The translations under genes and the position numbers were made by a program. Shown piece after piece: positions 47,101-56,808 of a DNA stretch of 64,000 nucleotides (positions are counted from its first letter, which is position 1; every line of letters begins with the position of its first letter). Under the pieces are notes generated by a model. The model saw nothing but the letters and a program-made list of their open reading frames with translations, searched no databases and was not told where the DNA came from. The stretch is taken from the NCBI GenBank assembly GCA_964393485.1, contig CAYMTW010000001.1:64832-128831 (forward strand), written 5' to 3'. This DNA comes from an uncultured Melioribacter sp. GTDB lineage: Bacteria; Bacteroidota; Ignavibacteria; Kapaibacteriales; Kapaibacteriaceae.

Positions 47101-47544
47101 GATGTTCATGATCGGGAATTCCGAGAAGTCGATCTCCGCTACCTGCGGTTCCTTTGTGAGCTGCGTCGGAAGTTCCGTTCGCGCGCGGTCAACAGCATCA
47201 TTGACGCGTTGCTTAGCTACTACAGGATCGATATCGGTGGTGAACTCGACAACGACGATGGAAGCATCCTGAATGCTGTTGCTTGTGACCTTCTTTACGT
47301 CGGCCACCGACTTCATTTGCTTCTCTATTGGACGGGTGATCAGATTTTCGATATCTGTCGGGGACGTACCGGCATTGATCGTCGATACGAGAATGGTCGG
47401 AACGACGATATCCGGAAACTGCTCTTTCGGAAGCCGGACGTAGGTCAGGATGCCAAGAACACTGATGATGACCATCAACACGTAGATCGTTGTACGATTT
47501 TCGACAGCCCACGCGGTGATGGGAAAGCTCTTATGATGTTGCAT
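44161..47544 (-). CDS. efflux RND transporter permease (AcrB/HAE family)
   Basis: 1127 aa with 12-TM/2-large-loop organisation and an N-terminus (...AVENRTTIYVLMVIISVLGILTYVRLPKEQFPDI) typical of RND pumps. Confidence 0.95.
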   Translation of the reverse strand: MQHHKSFPITAWAVENRTTIYVLMVIISVLGILTYVRLPKEQFPDIVVPTILVSTINAGTSPTDIENLITRPIEKQMKSVADVKKVTSNSIQDASIVVVEFTTDIDPVVAKQRVNDAVDRARTELPTQLTKEPQVAEIDFSEFPIMNINISGTVGLEALKQYADELKDKLEALPEIRRTDVIGALEREVRVDVDPYRLQALGLSFDDVSRAIASENVNISGGELLNAGVRRNLQVSGEFASVDQINNVVVRSFRGVTAYVRDVATVRETTKEQQSFARLDGKEVVTIAVLKKAGENLIAASDKIQEIVREYSEKRLPSTVTVTITNDQSTATRINLADLINTIIIGFLLVTVVLMFFMGVQNALFVGLATPLSSFIAFLVMPGLDFTFNIVVTFAFLLALGIVVDDAIVVIENTHRLHTKHDLDVKTATKYAAAEVFAPVVAGTLTTLAPFFPLLFWPGLVGEFMVYLPAVLIITLTASLIVAYIMNPVFAVDFMERRPIEMTKRRLMITGGGVGLLSALGIVTGQLWITTLALFTLVFWYVNRRYITPRLILPFQHRTLPAIMSAYRSTLHWSLHGKRPYVILASMVALLFATFAITIVAMRPPTFFPEGEPNYAFVYVQLPIGTDAVETDSVVKIVEQRIQKELGPSNPLVKSVISNVGLGAGDPRNPDRTVTPHKGKVTVAFVEYQKRGGKSTGEYLGRFRKVLADLPGVEIVVDKESNGPPTGKPVNIEIAGDDFETLTALAEQIRVYLSDTAKIAGVERLRSDLVRNKPELAVIIDREKANAEGISTVQVGMILRSSMYGSEATKFRSGEDEYPVQVRSIERVRTDAEALMNQPVSFMDMSTGRYRQVPVASIASLQYTSTYAGINRKNQRRVVTLGSNLLEGYNENAVNTEIRAALQGYQLPDGYTVKLTGAQEEQQESASFLGFAFLIAALLIFLIMVTQFNSVAKPLLVMVTVVFSLIGVLLGFVIFQMTFSIAITGVGIVALGGIVVRNGIVLLDFTDVLLSQGWSLRRAVIEGGAIRFNPVILTAGATILGLVPLAIGLNVDFWELINLRNPHFHIGSDSVAFWGPLAWAIVYGLGFSTFLTLVVVPCMYYILARRGIKKQLRRSRAERASGALTSS

Positions 47545-47552
47545 AGTGCGCC

Positions 47553-48668
47553 TTACCCCACGATCCGGACGTTTTGACCAGCGGATACCATCGTGGCTCC
47601 CTTGACGATCACACGTTGTCCACGTTCAAGACCCGCCGTAATCTCCACGCTACCGCCCGAGGTCAGCCCGGTAGTTACGTTGGCACGACCTACAAGCCCC
47701 TTGTCATTCACATAGTAGACATACGAACCCTGATTATCCTGCAGCACGGCAGCCAGTGGCAGAACGAGTACGTTCTTCAGTGTGACGTCATTGATCGATA
47801 CACGACAGGTGGTGTTCGGACGAAGCGCCCCTGGCACGGGGCTTATCGGTATCTCGAGCCGGAAAGTGCGGCTGGCCGGATTGACCAGGCGTGACACGGC
47901 CTTGATAACCGTCGAGACCGTATCACCGATCTCCGGAAACTCGATCTTCACGCGGTCTCCAAGCGTAACGGTCGAGAGAAATGTCTCCGCTACATCCACA
48001 ACGACGCGCACATCGCTCATATTCACAATGGTCAATGCGGGCATACCCGGCATGGCCATCTCACCAACCTTGGCGGTGATATTCTCAGCGAAGCCGCTGC
48101 GAGGAGCAGTGATCCGTGACATGGCCCGCTGCTCCTGGAGAGACTCCATTCGGCGTTCCAGCGCTTCCAGTTGATTCTTTGCCGTCAGATACTGTATCTC
48201 ACTGCCGGCCTTTTGCTCGAAAATCCGCTTCTGCTTATCAAACAGTGTACGTGCGAAGTCTATCTGGACCTCTACCTCTTTGATACCCTTGCGGATGAGT
48301 TCATCGTCCATCTCTACGAGGACCTGCCCCGCGGTAACTACTTGACCCGAGATCACGTTGACGCGTGTAATTCGTCCGGCCATCAGAGGAGAGATTGTGA
48401 TCGTTGAACGTGCGTCAACCGTGCCTTTTGCATCAACCAGGTGCACGAGGTCCGACGTTGTCGCGGCAATCACCGAGACCGGCGTGGCGGAAGTTCCTCC
48501 TGCGTCAGCCGGCAATGATGCTTCAAGTTCTTTGATCTCCTTTTCAATACGGAGCTTTTCAGCTCGCAGCTGGTCAAGTCGCTGCTTCGATGAAGGGGCT
48601 TCAGATTTCCCGCAGGAGATCAATAGCACGGCGAAGGGCAGCAGCCAAAGTGGTCGATTCATAAACAT
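47553..48668 (-). CDS. efflux RND periplasmic adaptor (MFP)
   Basis: Lipoprotein-like signal (LLISCGK), coiled-coil hairpin, lipoyl/beta-barrel motifs; immediately upstream of the RND pump. Confidence 0.9.
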   Translation of the reverse strand: MFMNRPLWLLPFAVLLISCGKSEAPSSKQRLDQLRAEKLRIEKEIKELEASLPADAGGTSATPVSVIAATTSDLVHLVDAKGTVDARSTITISPLMAGRITRVNVISGQVVTAGQVLVEMDDELIRKGIKEVEVQIDFARTLFDKQKRIFEQKAGSEIQYLTAKNQLEALERRMESLQEQRAMSRITAPRSGFAENITAKVGEMAMPGMPALTIVNMSDVRVVVDVAETFLSTVTLGDRVKIEFPEIGDTVSTVIKAVSRLVNPASRTFRLEIPISPVPGALRPNTTCRVSINDVTLKNVLVLPLAAVLQDNQGSYVYYVNDKGLVGRANVTTGLTSGGSVEITAGLERGQRVIVKGATMVSAGQNVRIVG

Positions 48669-49378
48669 CAGTGTTTTGATTGTGAATAATGTTCTTCGGT
48701 CTCGACGATCCGCCCATCGCGAATCGAAATGATGCGGTCTGCACGCTTTGCAAACTCTACGTCGTGGGTGACCATGAGAATGGTCTGATGATACTCGGTC
48801 TTGAGGTCGTTCAGGATATCGAGCACCATCGAGGTATTCTTAGTATCAAGGTTACCAGTTGGCTCGTCTCCAAAAATGATCTTTGGCTCATTGATCAGCG
48901 CCCGTGCAATAGCGACGCGCTGCTGTTGTCCGCCGGAGAGCTTACTCGAACGCTTGGTAGCCTGATCTGCCACTCCCAGCAACGCGAGCGTCTTCATAGC
49001 CCGATCTTCCATCTCGTCTTTTGAGAGCAGACCGCGGCGCTGGGCCGGGAGCATGACGTTTTGCAGGACCGTGAAATCTGGCAGTAGATAATGGAACTGG
49101 AATACGAATCCGATCATCGAGTTCCGGAAGTCTGCAAGAGCGTTCTTGCTGAGTGTTTTTATATCCACACCGTCGATCATGATGGTACCATCATAGATCG
49201 TATCCAGGGTCGACAGCGTGTACATAAGCGTTGTCTTACCACTACCAGAGGGTCCGACAAGCACAACGAACTCTCCCCGCTTGACGTCCAATGAAATGTC
49301 GTTCAAGACCTTGAATTCCACAGGCTCTGTGAAGGTCTTGGTTACATGCGACGCGCTAATGATCGGTTGCGGTGTCAT
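48668..49378 (-). CDS. ABC transporter ATP-binding protein (MacB/LolD type)
   Basis: Walker [11 protein letters not shown]-loop FVFQ, signature LSGGQQQR, Walker [14 protein letters not shown]-loop VTHD. Confidence 0.95.
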   Translation of the reverse strand: MTPQPIISASHVTKTFTEPVEFKVLNDISLDVKRGEFVVLVGPSGSGKTTLMYTLSTLDTIYDGTIMIDGVDIKTLSKNALADFRNSMIGFVFQFHYLLPDFTVLQNVMLPAQRRGLLSKDEMEDRAMKTLALLGVADQATKRSSKLSGGQQQRVAIARALINEPKIIFGDEPTGNLDTKNTSMVLDILNDLKTEYHQTILMVTHDVEFAKRADRIISIRDGRIVETEEHYSQSKH

Positions 49379-50646
49379 CGGCTTCTAATGATCTCCACAG
49401 GATCGAACCGCGCCGCTTTACGTGCAGGGAAATACCCGGCTACTGCCGTCGATGTGAGCGCGAACAAGAAAGCTGCAAGGTAGAACAACGGGTTGAAGTT
49501 GATGATCAAGTATTGCACGCTGACGAATCCTTGGATGTTCAGCGGTATCATGCCGACGATCTTGGACGTAATGAATCCGAGGATGAGGCCGAGAACTCCT
49601 CCAGTAGAACCAATGGCAATTGACTCTATCAGAAAGATCACACGAACATCACCATCACGATATCCCATTGCTTTTAGAATTGCTATATCAGGCATCTTCT
49701 CGTAGATGATCGTCATTAGAATGTTGAAGATGCCGAACCCTGAAACCACGAGAATTGAGATAATGACAAACGATACCGTGAGATTCTGAATACGGAAGAT
49801 CCCAAAGACATTAGCATTGGCAGCCTTCCAGTCCTCGGCCTTGTATCCGTAGAGCGATGAATACTCTGTCGCAACAGACTGAGCGATATCAACGTCGCGC
49901 AGTCGGACATTGATGTCCGTGATGTAGGCAGCAGACTGTTGCAGAAGACGCTGCGAATTGCGGATCGAAACATAGGCACGCGTGTTGTCCTGCAGCGTAA
50001 TTCCCGTCTTTGAGATGCCAACAACCTTCATTTCGAGGGCAACACCCTTCGATGAGATCACCGTGATGTTGTCATCAAGACGCACCCCGAGCTTGTCGGC
50101 CAGACCATAACCAAGAATGATACCATTCGGTAGCGTTTCCATCCGCTGAAGCTGGCCGGATACGAGATTATCCTTGATATGAAAGAGCTGATCTTCGCGA
50201 AGAATATCAACACCAGCCAGCGTTGCCGCCTGTTGCGACATGCCATAGCGAAGAATCCCCTGTAAACCAAGGTATGGAGCAACCCCTTCTACACGCGGAT
50301 CTCGTTCGATGTCTTGTAAGATCTGATAGCCATTACGAACACGACGTTCCTCATCACGGGGCTTCTGGTTGCGCACAACATTCCATGTGCTTGATGTATC
50401 GGAATCGAGATCGAGCACTTGTGGTCGTGATGTTCGCACATCGTTGAAGATGTGGACATGTGCCGTGGTGTTAACCGTCTTTTCAATGAAGTACGTCTGA
50501 AGGCCCGTCAGCAGACCTGCCTGGAAAATGAAAACGGTCACGCCAAACATCACGCCAAGCATCGCCACGATGGTTTGTCTCTTCTTACTGAAGAGGTGAA
50601 CCCAGGCAATGCGCAGGAGAGGACGCTGTGCGAAGAATTGTTTCAC
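49375..50646 (-). CDS. ABC transporter permease, MacB-like (periplasmic core domain + FtsX domain)
   Basis: N-terminal TM, ~230-aa periplasmic domain, and three C-terminal TMs with an FtsX-like pattern (AILKAMGY...). Confidence 0.9.
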   Translation of the reverse strand: MKQFFAQRPLLRIAWVHLFSKKRQTIVAMLGVMFGVTVFIFQAGLLTGLQTYFIEKTVNTTAHVHIFNDVRTSRPQVLDLDSDTSSTWNVVRNQKPRDEERRVRNGYQILQDIERDPRVEGVAPYLGLQGILRYGMSQQAATLAGVDILREDQLFHIKDNLVSGQLQRMETLPNGIILGYGLADKLGVRLDDNITVISSKGVALEMKVVGISKTGITLQDNTRAYVSIRNSQRLLQQSAAYITDINVRLRDVDIAQSVATEYSSLYGYKAEDWKAANANVFGIFRIQNLTVSFVIISILVVSGFGIFNILMTIIYEKMPDIAILKAMGYRDGDVRVIFLIESIAIGSTGGVLGLILGFITSKIVGMIPLNIQGFVSVQYLIINFNPLFYLAAFLFALTSTAVAGYFPARKAARFDPVEIIRSR

Positions 50647-51752
50647 TTAACGACCTCATCTGCATCCGTGAGGCCAGATACGATCTCGATGTATCGCAGG
50701 TCTTCCACACCCGTCTTTACGCGAACAGTTTGTTCCCTACCCTCACGAAGCACGGTAAGGACCTTCGTCGAAGGAACGATCTCTCTGGGTAGCACAAGTG
50801 CCTTAGCGCGCCGATCGATAACAATGTTCGCTTCGAGCGACATTCCCGGAAGAAGCCGCAAACCATCCGTATTGATCCGTGCAGTGACGGATGCTGTCTT
50901 GTCCTGATTCGATACTCGCGGTGTTACGCTGGTTACGCTACCATTGAAGGTTCTGTCTTTAAATGCATCGAGAGAATAGACGACAGACTGACCTGGAACG
51001 ATAAGCGCAACATCGGTTTCATCGACATTGAGCTCAACTTCGACGAGTGAGCTGCTACCGATCTCGACAAGGGGCTGCTGAGGCATGACGAGTTCACCGA
51101 CCTTGGGAAGCACGTCATACACTCGGCCGCTCTCGGCAGCGGTGAGAACGAACTCGTCACGTATGGAGCGCTGAATCGATACGTTGAGCTCAGCTGCTTT
51201 CTTCTCCGTAGCTAGGCGCCGCTTTGTTGCCTGATACCCGTCAAAAGCTTTTTCAAATTGCCGGCGAGATACATCGAACTGCGTCTGTGCAGCATCATAT
51301 GACGATTGCGATGTTGCCTGCTGTGAAAGAAGCCGCCGAAGGCGTGAGGCATTCGTCGAGTCCAGCGCTAATCGTGCTCGTGCTGCTTCGAGGTCTGCTG
51401 CCACAGATCGAAGAAGAGCCCCCTCTCCACTGGCATTATCGCTGGCTAGTCCATACGCTTCCTGCGCGGTAGCCACGGCGAGTTCGGAGGACACAGCTCG
51501 TATTCGTAGCAGAGCCTGACCCTTGACGACGGTGTCTCCCGGTGTGACGAGAACCTCTTCAATAACTCCCGGCACCTTTGTTGATGCACGGTAGAAGCCC
51601 ACCGGAAAGATCTTTCCGGATGCGTACACAGCCTGCGTAATGGTTCTGCGCGTGGGACGAACCGTTCCCTTTTCTTTGGAACATCCATCAGCAAGAAGCA
51701 GTGCCAGCACCGATGAGGCAATGACCAGAAGGAGATCGGCATGACGATTCAT
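50643..51752 (-). CDS. efflux periplasmic adaptor, HlyD/MacA-like
   Basis: Lipoprotein-like signal (LLADGCSK), lipoyl motif GVIEEVLVTPGDTVVKGQALLRI, coiled-coil. Confidence 0.85.
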   Translation of the reverse strand: MNRHADLLLVIASSVLALLLADGCSKEKGTVRPTRRTITQAVYASGKIFPVGFYRASTKVPGVIEEVLVTPGDTVVKGQALLRIRAVSSELAVATAQEAYGLASDNASGEGALLRSVAADLEAARARLALDSTNASRLRRLLSQQATSQSSYDAAQTQFDVSRRQFEKAFDGYQATKRRLATEKKAAELNVSIQRSIRDEFVLTAAESGRVYDVLPKVGELVMPQQPLVEIGSSSLVEVELNVDETDVALIVPGQSVVYSLDAFKDRTFNGSVTSVTPRVSNQDKTASVTARINTDGLRLLPGMSLEANIVIDRRAKALVLPREIVPSTKVLTVLREGREQTVRVKTGVEDLRYIEIVSGLTDADEVVK

Positions 51753-52417
51753 TGTTGTTTCCCAGAATCAGTGACAGTCCCAGGCGATTGCAGACCACGG
51801 ATGATGAGTTTGACGATATCACCGAGGATGATTTCTTCGGTGTCATTGATCCACCCCGGCGGGATGAGATTGTTTCGAAGGATCATCACGGAGCCCTTCA
51901 TGGCGATGATGATCTCCGCAACGACTCGTCGGATCGGACCATGCAACTGGAAGTAGCCCTCACGAACACCCTGCTCGACGATCGACTCAACGATTGTTAT
52001 TAGCCGTTCGTTGATCGACACGAAGTCCGTTATAACAGGATTCTCTGCCACTGATGAGATCATCAGGCCCACGTTTGTATGGGTCATCATCTGATAGAAG
52101 AAGACATTTTCCTGCGAATACGAATGGAACGTTGTGAACGCCTGTTTAAGCTTTTCTGGTGGTGAAAGCGGGCTGTCAGCAACGATCGTGATCGACGCCG
52201 TCAGGGTTCTCAAGTCATCGGCAAGGAGCCCCATGAGAAGTTCTTCCCGATTCCGGAAATACAGATACAGCGTCCCCTTTGCGAGCTCTGCCTCCTGGGC
52301 AATGCGCTCCATCGTGGTCGTTGCGATACCGTGTTTCAGAAACGCCACGCGGGCAGAGGACAAAATGTCCCGACGCCTCTGATCGCGTTCGCGTTCTTTG
52401 CGTTGTGTCGTTCCCAT
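51749..52417 (-). CDS. TetR/AcrR family transcriptional regulator
   Basis: N-terminal HTH ILSSARVAFLKHGIATTTMERIAQEAELAKGTLYLYF. Confidence 0.9.
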   Translation of the reverse strand: MGTTQRKERERDQRRRDILSSARVAFLKHGIATTTMERIAQEAELAKGTLYLYFRNREELLMGLLADDLRTLTASITIVADSPLSPPEKLKQAFTTFHSYSQENVFFYQMMTHTNVGLMISSVAENPVITDFVSINERLITIVESIVEQGVREGYFQLHGPIRRVVAEIIIAMKGSVMILRNNLIPPGWINDTEEIILGDIVKLIIRGLQSPGTVTDSGKQQ

Positions 52418-52435
52418 ACGTTGGTGTCTGTGCGG

Positions 52436-53779
52436 TTACTTATTCAGCACTGACCGCAGGTACTTCTGGTCGATCTGTCCTGTTGCCCGATCGAAATCTG
52501 CACGTGTGACGTGATAGTCCACAAGGGCATTGATGGAATTGACCCGTGATTGAGCCAAGGATGTTTCAGCATCGGTGATCTCGAGCAGACTTCCGGTGCC
52601 TTCGCGATATCGAATCCTGGCGATCTCATACCCACGCTGTGCCTGATCAACCGTGGACTTCTGGGCTTTCGAGCGTTGCGCGGCCGATTCCAGCTGGTTG
52701 ATGAGTGTACGCACCTGAAGTTTGATCAGATCAGTCACCTGGGTGAGTCGCTCCTGTGCAGTGTTAACGTCAATACTTGCCTGCTCAACCTTCTCATTGG
52801 TCCTAAGACCATTAAACAGATTTATTGAGAAGTTCAGTCCCACGAGCATGCTTGAAGCACTCTTCCAGTCGTTAAATGTATCACTCTGTCCTTGGTTCTG
52901 CCACTGACCAAAGGCGGCTAGAGTAGGATAGTAATCGGCCCGGCTCAGGTCCACCATGCGACGGCCAACCTCGATCTGTTGAGAAATGGCTTTGAGATCG
53001 AGATTTTCCCTTAGAGCCATCGAGACAGATGCATCCGTCTCCGGAGTAGCTTCCGGCCCTGTCAGCGCCTCGTCCGAAACGGTGATAGAATCGGCGAGGT
53101 CCATACCGATATATGTCTGCAGAGCAGCAAAGGCGGCATAACGCCCGGACTTCGCCTGCAGTACCATCGGTTGGGCGTTGGCAACAGCTACATCAGCCCT
53201 GATCTTGTCAAACTCGGCTACAAGTCCTTCTTGAAACAGGGCTGTAATGGTACGCTGCACCTCGCGAATATTCGTGAGGGTCGCTTCCGCAACGGTCGCA
53301 TACCCAGAGGCAGCCACTGCCTGATAATAGCGTTTCTTCGTCTCAGTTACGACCTCTGCCGTTGCAGCTCGCAACTGGGCCTCGGCTGCATCGCTGTAGA
53401 GCTGCGATGCCGATATCGCTGTGAGTACCGAACTGTTAAACAGAATCTGCTGCACCTGCGTTGTGACGTTGTATCCGTTGGTCAGACCAAACCGCAATGG
53501 TGCAACCTGCCCAGTCGCTGGATTGGGAAAGAAAAAGACGGGCAGCTGAATGTTGTGGTTGAAACCAGCCGCGAAACTCACCGACGGCAAAGCCGTTCCG
53601 TAGGCTTCTCGGACCTGGGATTCGGCTCGAGAAACGGCAAGGCGCGCTACAGAAATCGATTTGTTCCGCTTGATGGCAAGCTCGATGGCTTCGTCAAGAC
53701 GTAGCGTCTGAGCCGTTAGGCCAACCGTGAGAAACGGAACCAGGTACAGACCGAAGAACAACACTCGTGACAAGGGCAT
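52436..53779 (-). CDS. TolC family outer-membrane efflux protein
   Basis: Signal peptide and LRLDEAIELAIKRN start; two OEP repeats. Confidence 0.9.
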   Translation of the reverse strand: MPLSRVLFFGLYLVPFLTVGLTAQTLRLDEAIELAIKRNKSISVARLAVSRAESQVREAYGTALPSVSFAAGFNHNIQLPVFFFPNPATGQVAPLRFGLTNGYNVTTQVQQILFNSSVLTAISASQLYSDAAEAQLRAATAEVVTETKKRYYQAVAASGYATVAEATLTNIREVQRTITALFQEGLVAEFDKIRADVAVANAQPMVLQAKSGRYAAFAALQTYIGMDLADSITVSDEALTGPEATPETDASVSMALRENLDLKAISQQIEVGRRMVDLSRADYYPTLAAFGQWQNQGQSDTFNDWKSASSMLVGLNFSINLFNGLRTNEKVEQASIDVNTAQERLTQVTDLIKLQVRTLINQLESAAQRSKAQKSTVDQAQRGYEIARIRYREGTGSLLEITDAETSLAQSRVNSINALVDYHVTRADFDRATGQIDQKYLRSVLNK

Positions 53780-53798
53780 GGCATTTCCTTTAGTACTA

Positions 53799-53830
53799 TG
53801 ACGGTCGGTCAGTTTCCTGACTAACGGTCA
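53799..53830. promoter_or_regulatory. imperfect 32-bp palindrome, candidate TetR operator of the efflux operon
   Basis: TGACGGTCGGTCAG-TTTC-CTGACTAACGGTCA. 11 of 14 arm positions are complementary. It lies 20 bp upstream of the TolC start and abuts a one-mismatch -7 element at 53831-53838. Confidence 0.4.
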
Positions 53831-53881
53831 CAAAATTGTAGAAAGGTCATTTCCCGTGCAAGTGGTCATTTGTTAACATGG

Positions 53882-53889
53882 TAGATTTG
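53882..53889 (+). promoter_or_regulatory. Bacteroidota-type -7 promoter element TAnnTTTG upstream of uvrA
   Basis: TAGATTTG; 42 nt separate the motif from ATG 53932. It lies downstream of the first in-frame ATG at 53878. Confidence 0.45.
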
Positions 53890-53931
53890 TTGTCCATTTC
53901 GAAGAAAGCTCCCCATTTGGCCACATCGGAC

Positions 53932-56790
53932 ATGACCGAAACTGAGATCACGGCGATCAGGATCCGAGGTGCTCGCGAGCACAACCTGAAAGGCATCGAC
54001 CTCGATATACCTCGCGATCAACTCGTTGTGATTACCGGGCTAAGCGGATCGGGAAAGTCATCCATTGCGTTCGATACTGTGTTTGCCGAAGGGCAACGCC
54101 GCTACGTCGAAAGTCTGTCCAGTTATGCACGACAGTTCCTCGGTGTCATGAAGAAGCCCGACGTCGACGTCATTGAGGGACTCTCCCCAGCCATCTCGAT
54201 CGAGCAAAAAAGTATTGGGATGAGTCCACGCTCGACGGTTGGCACCGTGACTGAGATCTACGACTACATGCGTCTGCTGTATGCAAAGGTTGGAGTCCAG
54301 TACTGCGTTTCATGCCAGATTCCGGTCAAGCAGCAAACTGTAGATCAGATCATTGCGTCCTTGCTCGCCCTGGGCGTAGGTACCCGCATTCAGATCCTTT
54401 CACCGGTGATCAAGGGGCGAAAAGGTCATTACCGTGAGCAATTGGATACGTTCAGGCGTCAGGGATTTGTGAGAGTGCGCATTGATGGTGAGTTGAAGGA
54501 GATCACCGAAGGCATGCAGCTGGCACGGTATAAGATGCATACCATTGAGTTAGTCATTGATCGACTGGTGATTGAGGATTCCCCTACCAAGCGGCTTACA
54601 GAGAGCATCGAAACAGCATTGAATCTCGGCGAGGGCGGCCTAACGGTGCTCTACGAAACGGCACCTGATTCCTGGCAAGAGAGCTTCTTCAGCACAAGCT
54701 ATGCGTGTCCGCAGTGCGGAACGTCCTACGAGACACCAGCTCCGAATATGTTCTCGTTTAATTCGCCCTACGGGGCATGCCAGACATGCGACGGACTCGG
54801 TGAAATGCAGGACTTCGATCCTTCTCTTGTGATTCCCGATCCGAATGTTTCCATCGCCAAAGGCGGCATCGCCCCACTTGGTCCACAGCGTGAGACGTGG
54901 TTATGGAAACAGGTTGTGGCGTACTGCCAAAAGAAGAACGTATCTCTGACGGAGCCGATCACTAAGATTCCACAGGAAACTTTGCATGATCTGCTTTTCG
55001 GACCCGACGGTGACTCGGATAGCGCGGCTGTGTATGGCACGACTTCCCAACACCGTTTCATTGGTGTCTGTCCGTCTCTGCGGCATCAATTCGAACACAC
55101 CACCTCTGCGTCGGTCAAGAAATCCATCGAAAAGTACTTTGCAACCGTATTGTGCCGAACCTGCCAAGGTGGACGTCTCAAGATCCCGCATCTTCACGTG
55201 CGGTTGGCAGAGGAATCGATTGATGCACTCTGCTCGCTTGATGTTGGAGAAACACGTTTGTGGTTTGAGGCACTGCCAGAAAAGCTAACAGACCGTCAGA
55301 ACCTCATTGCCCAGCTTATCCTGAAGGAGATCGGACATCGTCTGGAGTTTCTCGACGATGTCGGACTAGGTTACCTCACTCTGAATCGACGTGCCAGAAC
55401 GCTCTCAGGGGGAGAGTCTCAACGCATACGACTTGCATCGCAAATTGGATCGCGACTGGTCGGCGTAACATACGTACTGGATGAGCCGTCCATCGGCCTT
55501 CACCAACACGACAACAGGAAACTGATCGACTCGCTCAAACGGCTGCGCGATGCAGGCAACACTGTTCTCGTAGTTGAACACGATCGTGAGATGATCGAAG
55601 AAGCCGATACAATGATCGATGTGGGTCCGGGTGCTGGCGTACACGGCGGCTCAATTGTAGCAGTCGAGTCGCAACAACGCCTTCGCGCGCTGCTCGGGGG
55701 CAAGGTCAAAAACGCGTCAGACTCCGTTACACTCCGATATATCAGCGGTCAGGACACGGTATATCGACCGGCTGAGCGTCGCACTGGGAATGGCTTTCTC
55801 CTGGAGCTCAAAGGTGCCACGGGCAATAACCTGCGCGATGTTAACCTCGAGATTCCGCTCGGCACCTTCACATGTATCACCGGTATGAGTGGTTCAGGAA
55901 AGAGCTCGCTCATCAATGAAACGTTGTATCCGATCCTTGCCGCCAAACTTCATCGGGCGGAAGGCCAGCCCCTTGCCTATGAGTCGATTCACGGCCTTGA
56001 AAAGATTGACAAGGTGATCGAGATCGATCAGACACCGATCGGCCGCACGCCTCGTTCCAACCCTGCAACCTATACAGGGCTCTTTGGATTAATCCGTGAT
56101 TTCTATACGCTCCTTCCCGAAGCTCGCATCCGTGGATACAAGGTGGGGCGATTCTCCTTCAACGTCTCCGGTGGACGCTGCGAAGAGTGTGAAGGGGCCG
56201 GACTGAAGAAGATCGAAATGAATTTCCTGGCGGACGTGTATGTCCCCTGCGACACCTGTGGTGGCAAGCGCTACAATGCAGAAACGCTCACGGTAACATT
56301 CAAAGGAAAGTCGATCGCTGATGTTCTAGCCATGACCGTGGAGGAGGCATCAGTCTTCTTTGCCGATATCCCCAAAATCTCACATCGTCTAAAGACCCTT
56401 CTCGATGTTGGCCTTTCGTATATCACACTTGGACAGCAGGCTACGACCCTATCAGGGGGCGAGGCACAACGAGTGAAGCTGGCAACAGAGCTGGCAAAAT
56501 CATACACGGGGAAGACACTGTATCTCCTCGATGAGCCGACCACTGGATTACACTTCGAAGATGTAAGTCTTCTCATGAAGCTGCTGCACCAACTTGTTGA
56601 GCGTGGCAATACCGTGGTCGTCATCGAACACAACCTGGATGTAATCCTCAGTGCCGATCATCTGGTAGATCTCGGACCGGGAGGCGGCAAAGACGGTGGA
56701 AGAATTGTAGCAACCGGGACACCCGAACAAGTGGCCTGTGTACAGGATTCTCTGACAGGTCTATACATCGGCAAGGAACTGATAAAATAA
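53932..56790 (+). CDS. uvrA: excinuclease ABC subunit A
   Basis: IRIRGAREHNLKGIDLDIPRD..VVITGLSGSGKSS, two ABC modules (LSGGESQR, LSGGEAQR), zinc-finger CXXC pairs. Start set to ATG 53932 by homology to the UvrA N-terminus; the ORF is open from 53878. Confidence 0.97.
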   Translation: MTETEITAIRIRGAREHNLKGIDLDIPRDQLVVITGLSGSGKSSIAFDTVFAEGQRRYVESLSSYARQFLGVMKKPDVDVIEGLSPAISIEQKSIGMSPRSTVGTVTEIYDYMRLLYAKVGVQYCVSCQIPVKQQTVDQIIASLLALGVGTRIQILSPVIKGRKGHYREQLDTFRRQGFVRVRIDGELKEITEGMQLARYKMHTIELVIDRLVIEDSPTKRLTESIETALNLGEGGLTVLYETAPDSWQESFFSTSYACPQCGTSYETPAPNMFSFNSPYGACQTCDGLGEMQDFDPSLVIPDPNVSIAKGGIAPLGPQRETWLWKQVVAYCQKKNVSLTEPITKIPQETLHDLLFGPDGDSDSAAVYGTTSQHRFIGVCPSLRHQFEHTTSASVKKSIEKYFATVLCRTCQGGRLKIPHLHVRLAEESIDALCSLDVGETRLWFEALPEKLTDRQNLIAQLILKEIGHRLEFLDDVGLGYLTLNRRARTLSGGESQRIRLASQIGSRLVGVTYVLDEPSIGLHQHDNRKLIDSLKRLRDAGNTVLVVEHDREMIEEADTMIDVGPGAGVHGGSIVAVESQQRLRALLGGKVKNASDSVTLRYISGQDTVYRPAERRTGNGFLLELKGATGNNLRDVNLEIPLGTFTCITGMSGSGKSSLINETLYPILAAKLHRAEGQPLAYESIHGLEKIDKVIEIDQTPIGRTPRSNPATYTGLFGLIRDFYTLLPEARIRGYKVGRFSFNVSGGRCEECEGAGLKKIEMNFLADVYVPCDTCGGKRYNAETLTVTFKGKSIADVLAMTVEEASVFFADIPKISHRLKTLLDVGLSYITLGQQATTLSGGEAQRVKLATELAKSYTGKTLYLLDEPTTGLHFEDVSLLMKLLHQLVERGNTVVVIEHNLDVILSADHLVDLGPGGGKDGGRIVATGTPEQVACVQDSLTGLYIGKELIK

Positions 56791-56808
56791 TCCCCTCGTT
56801 TTCGGAGA

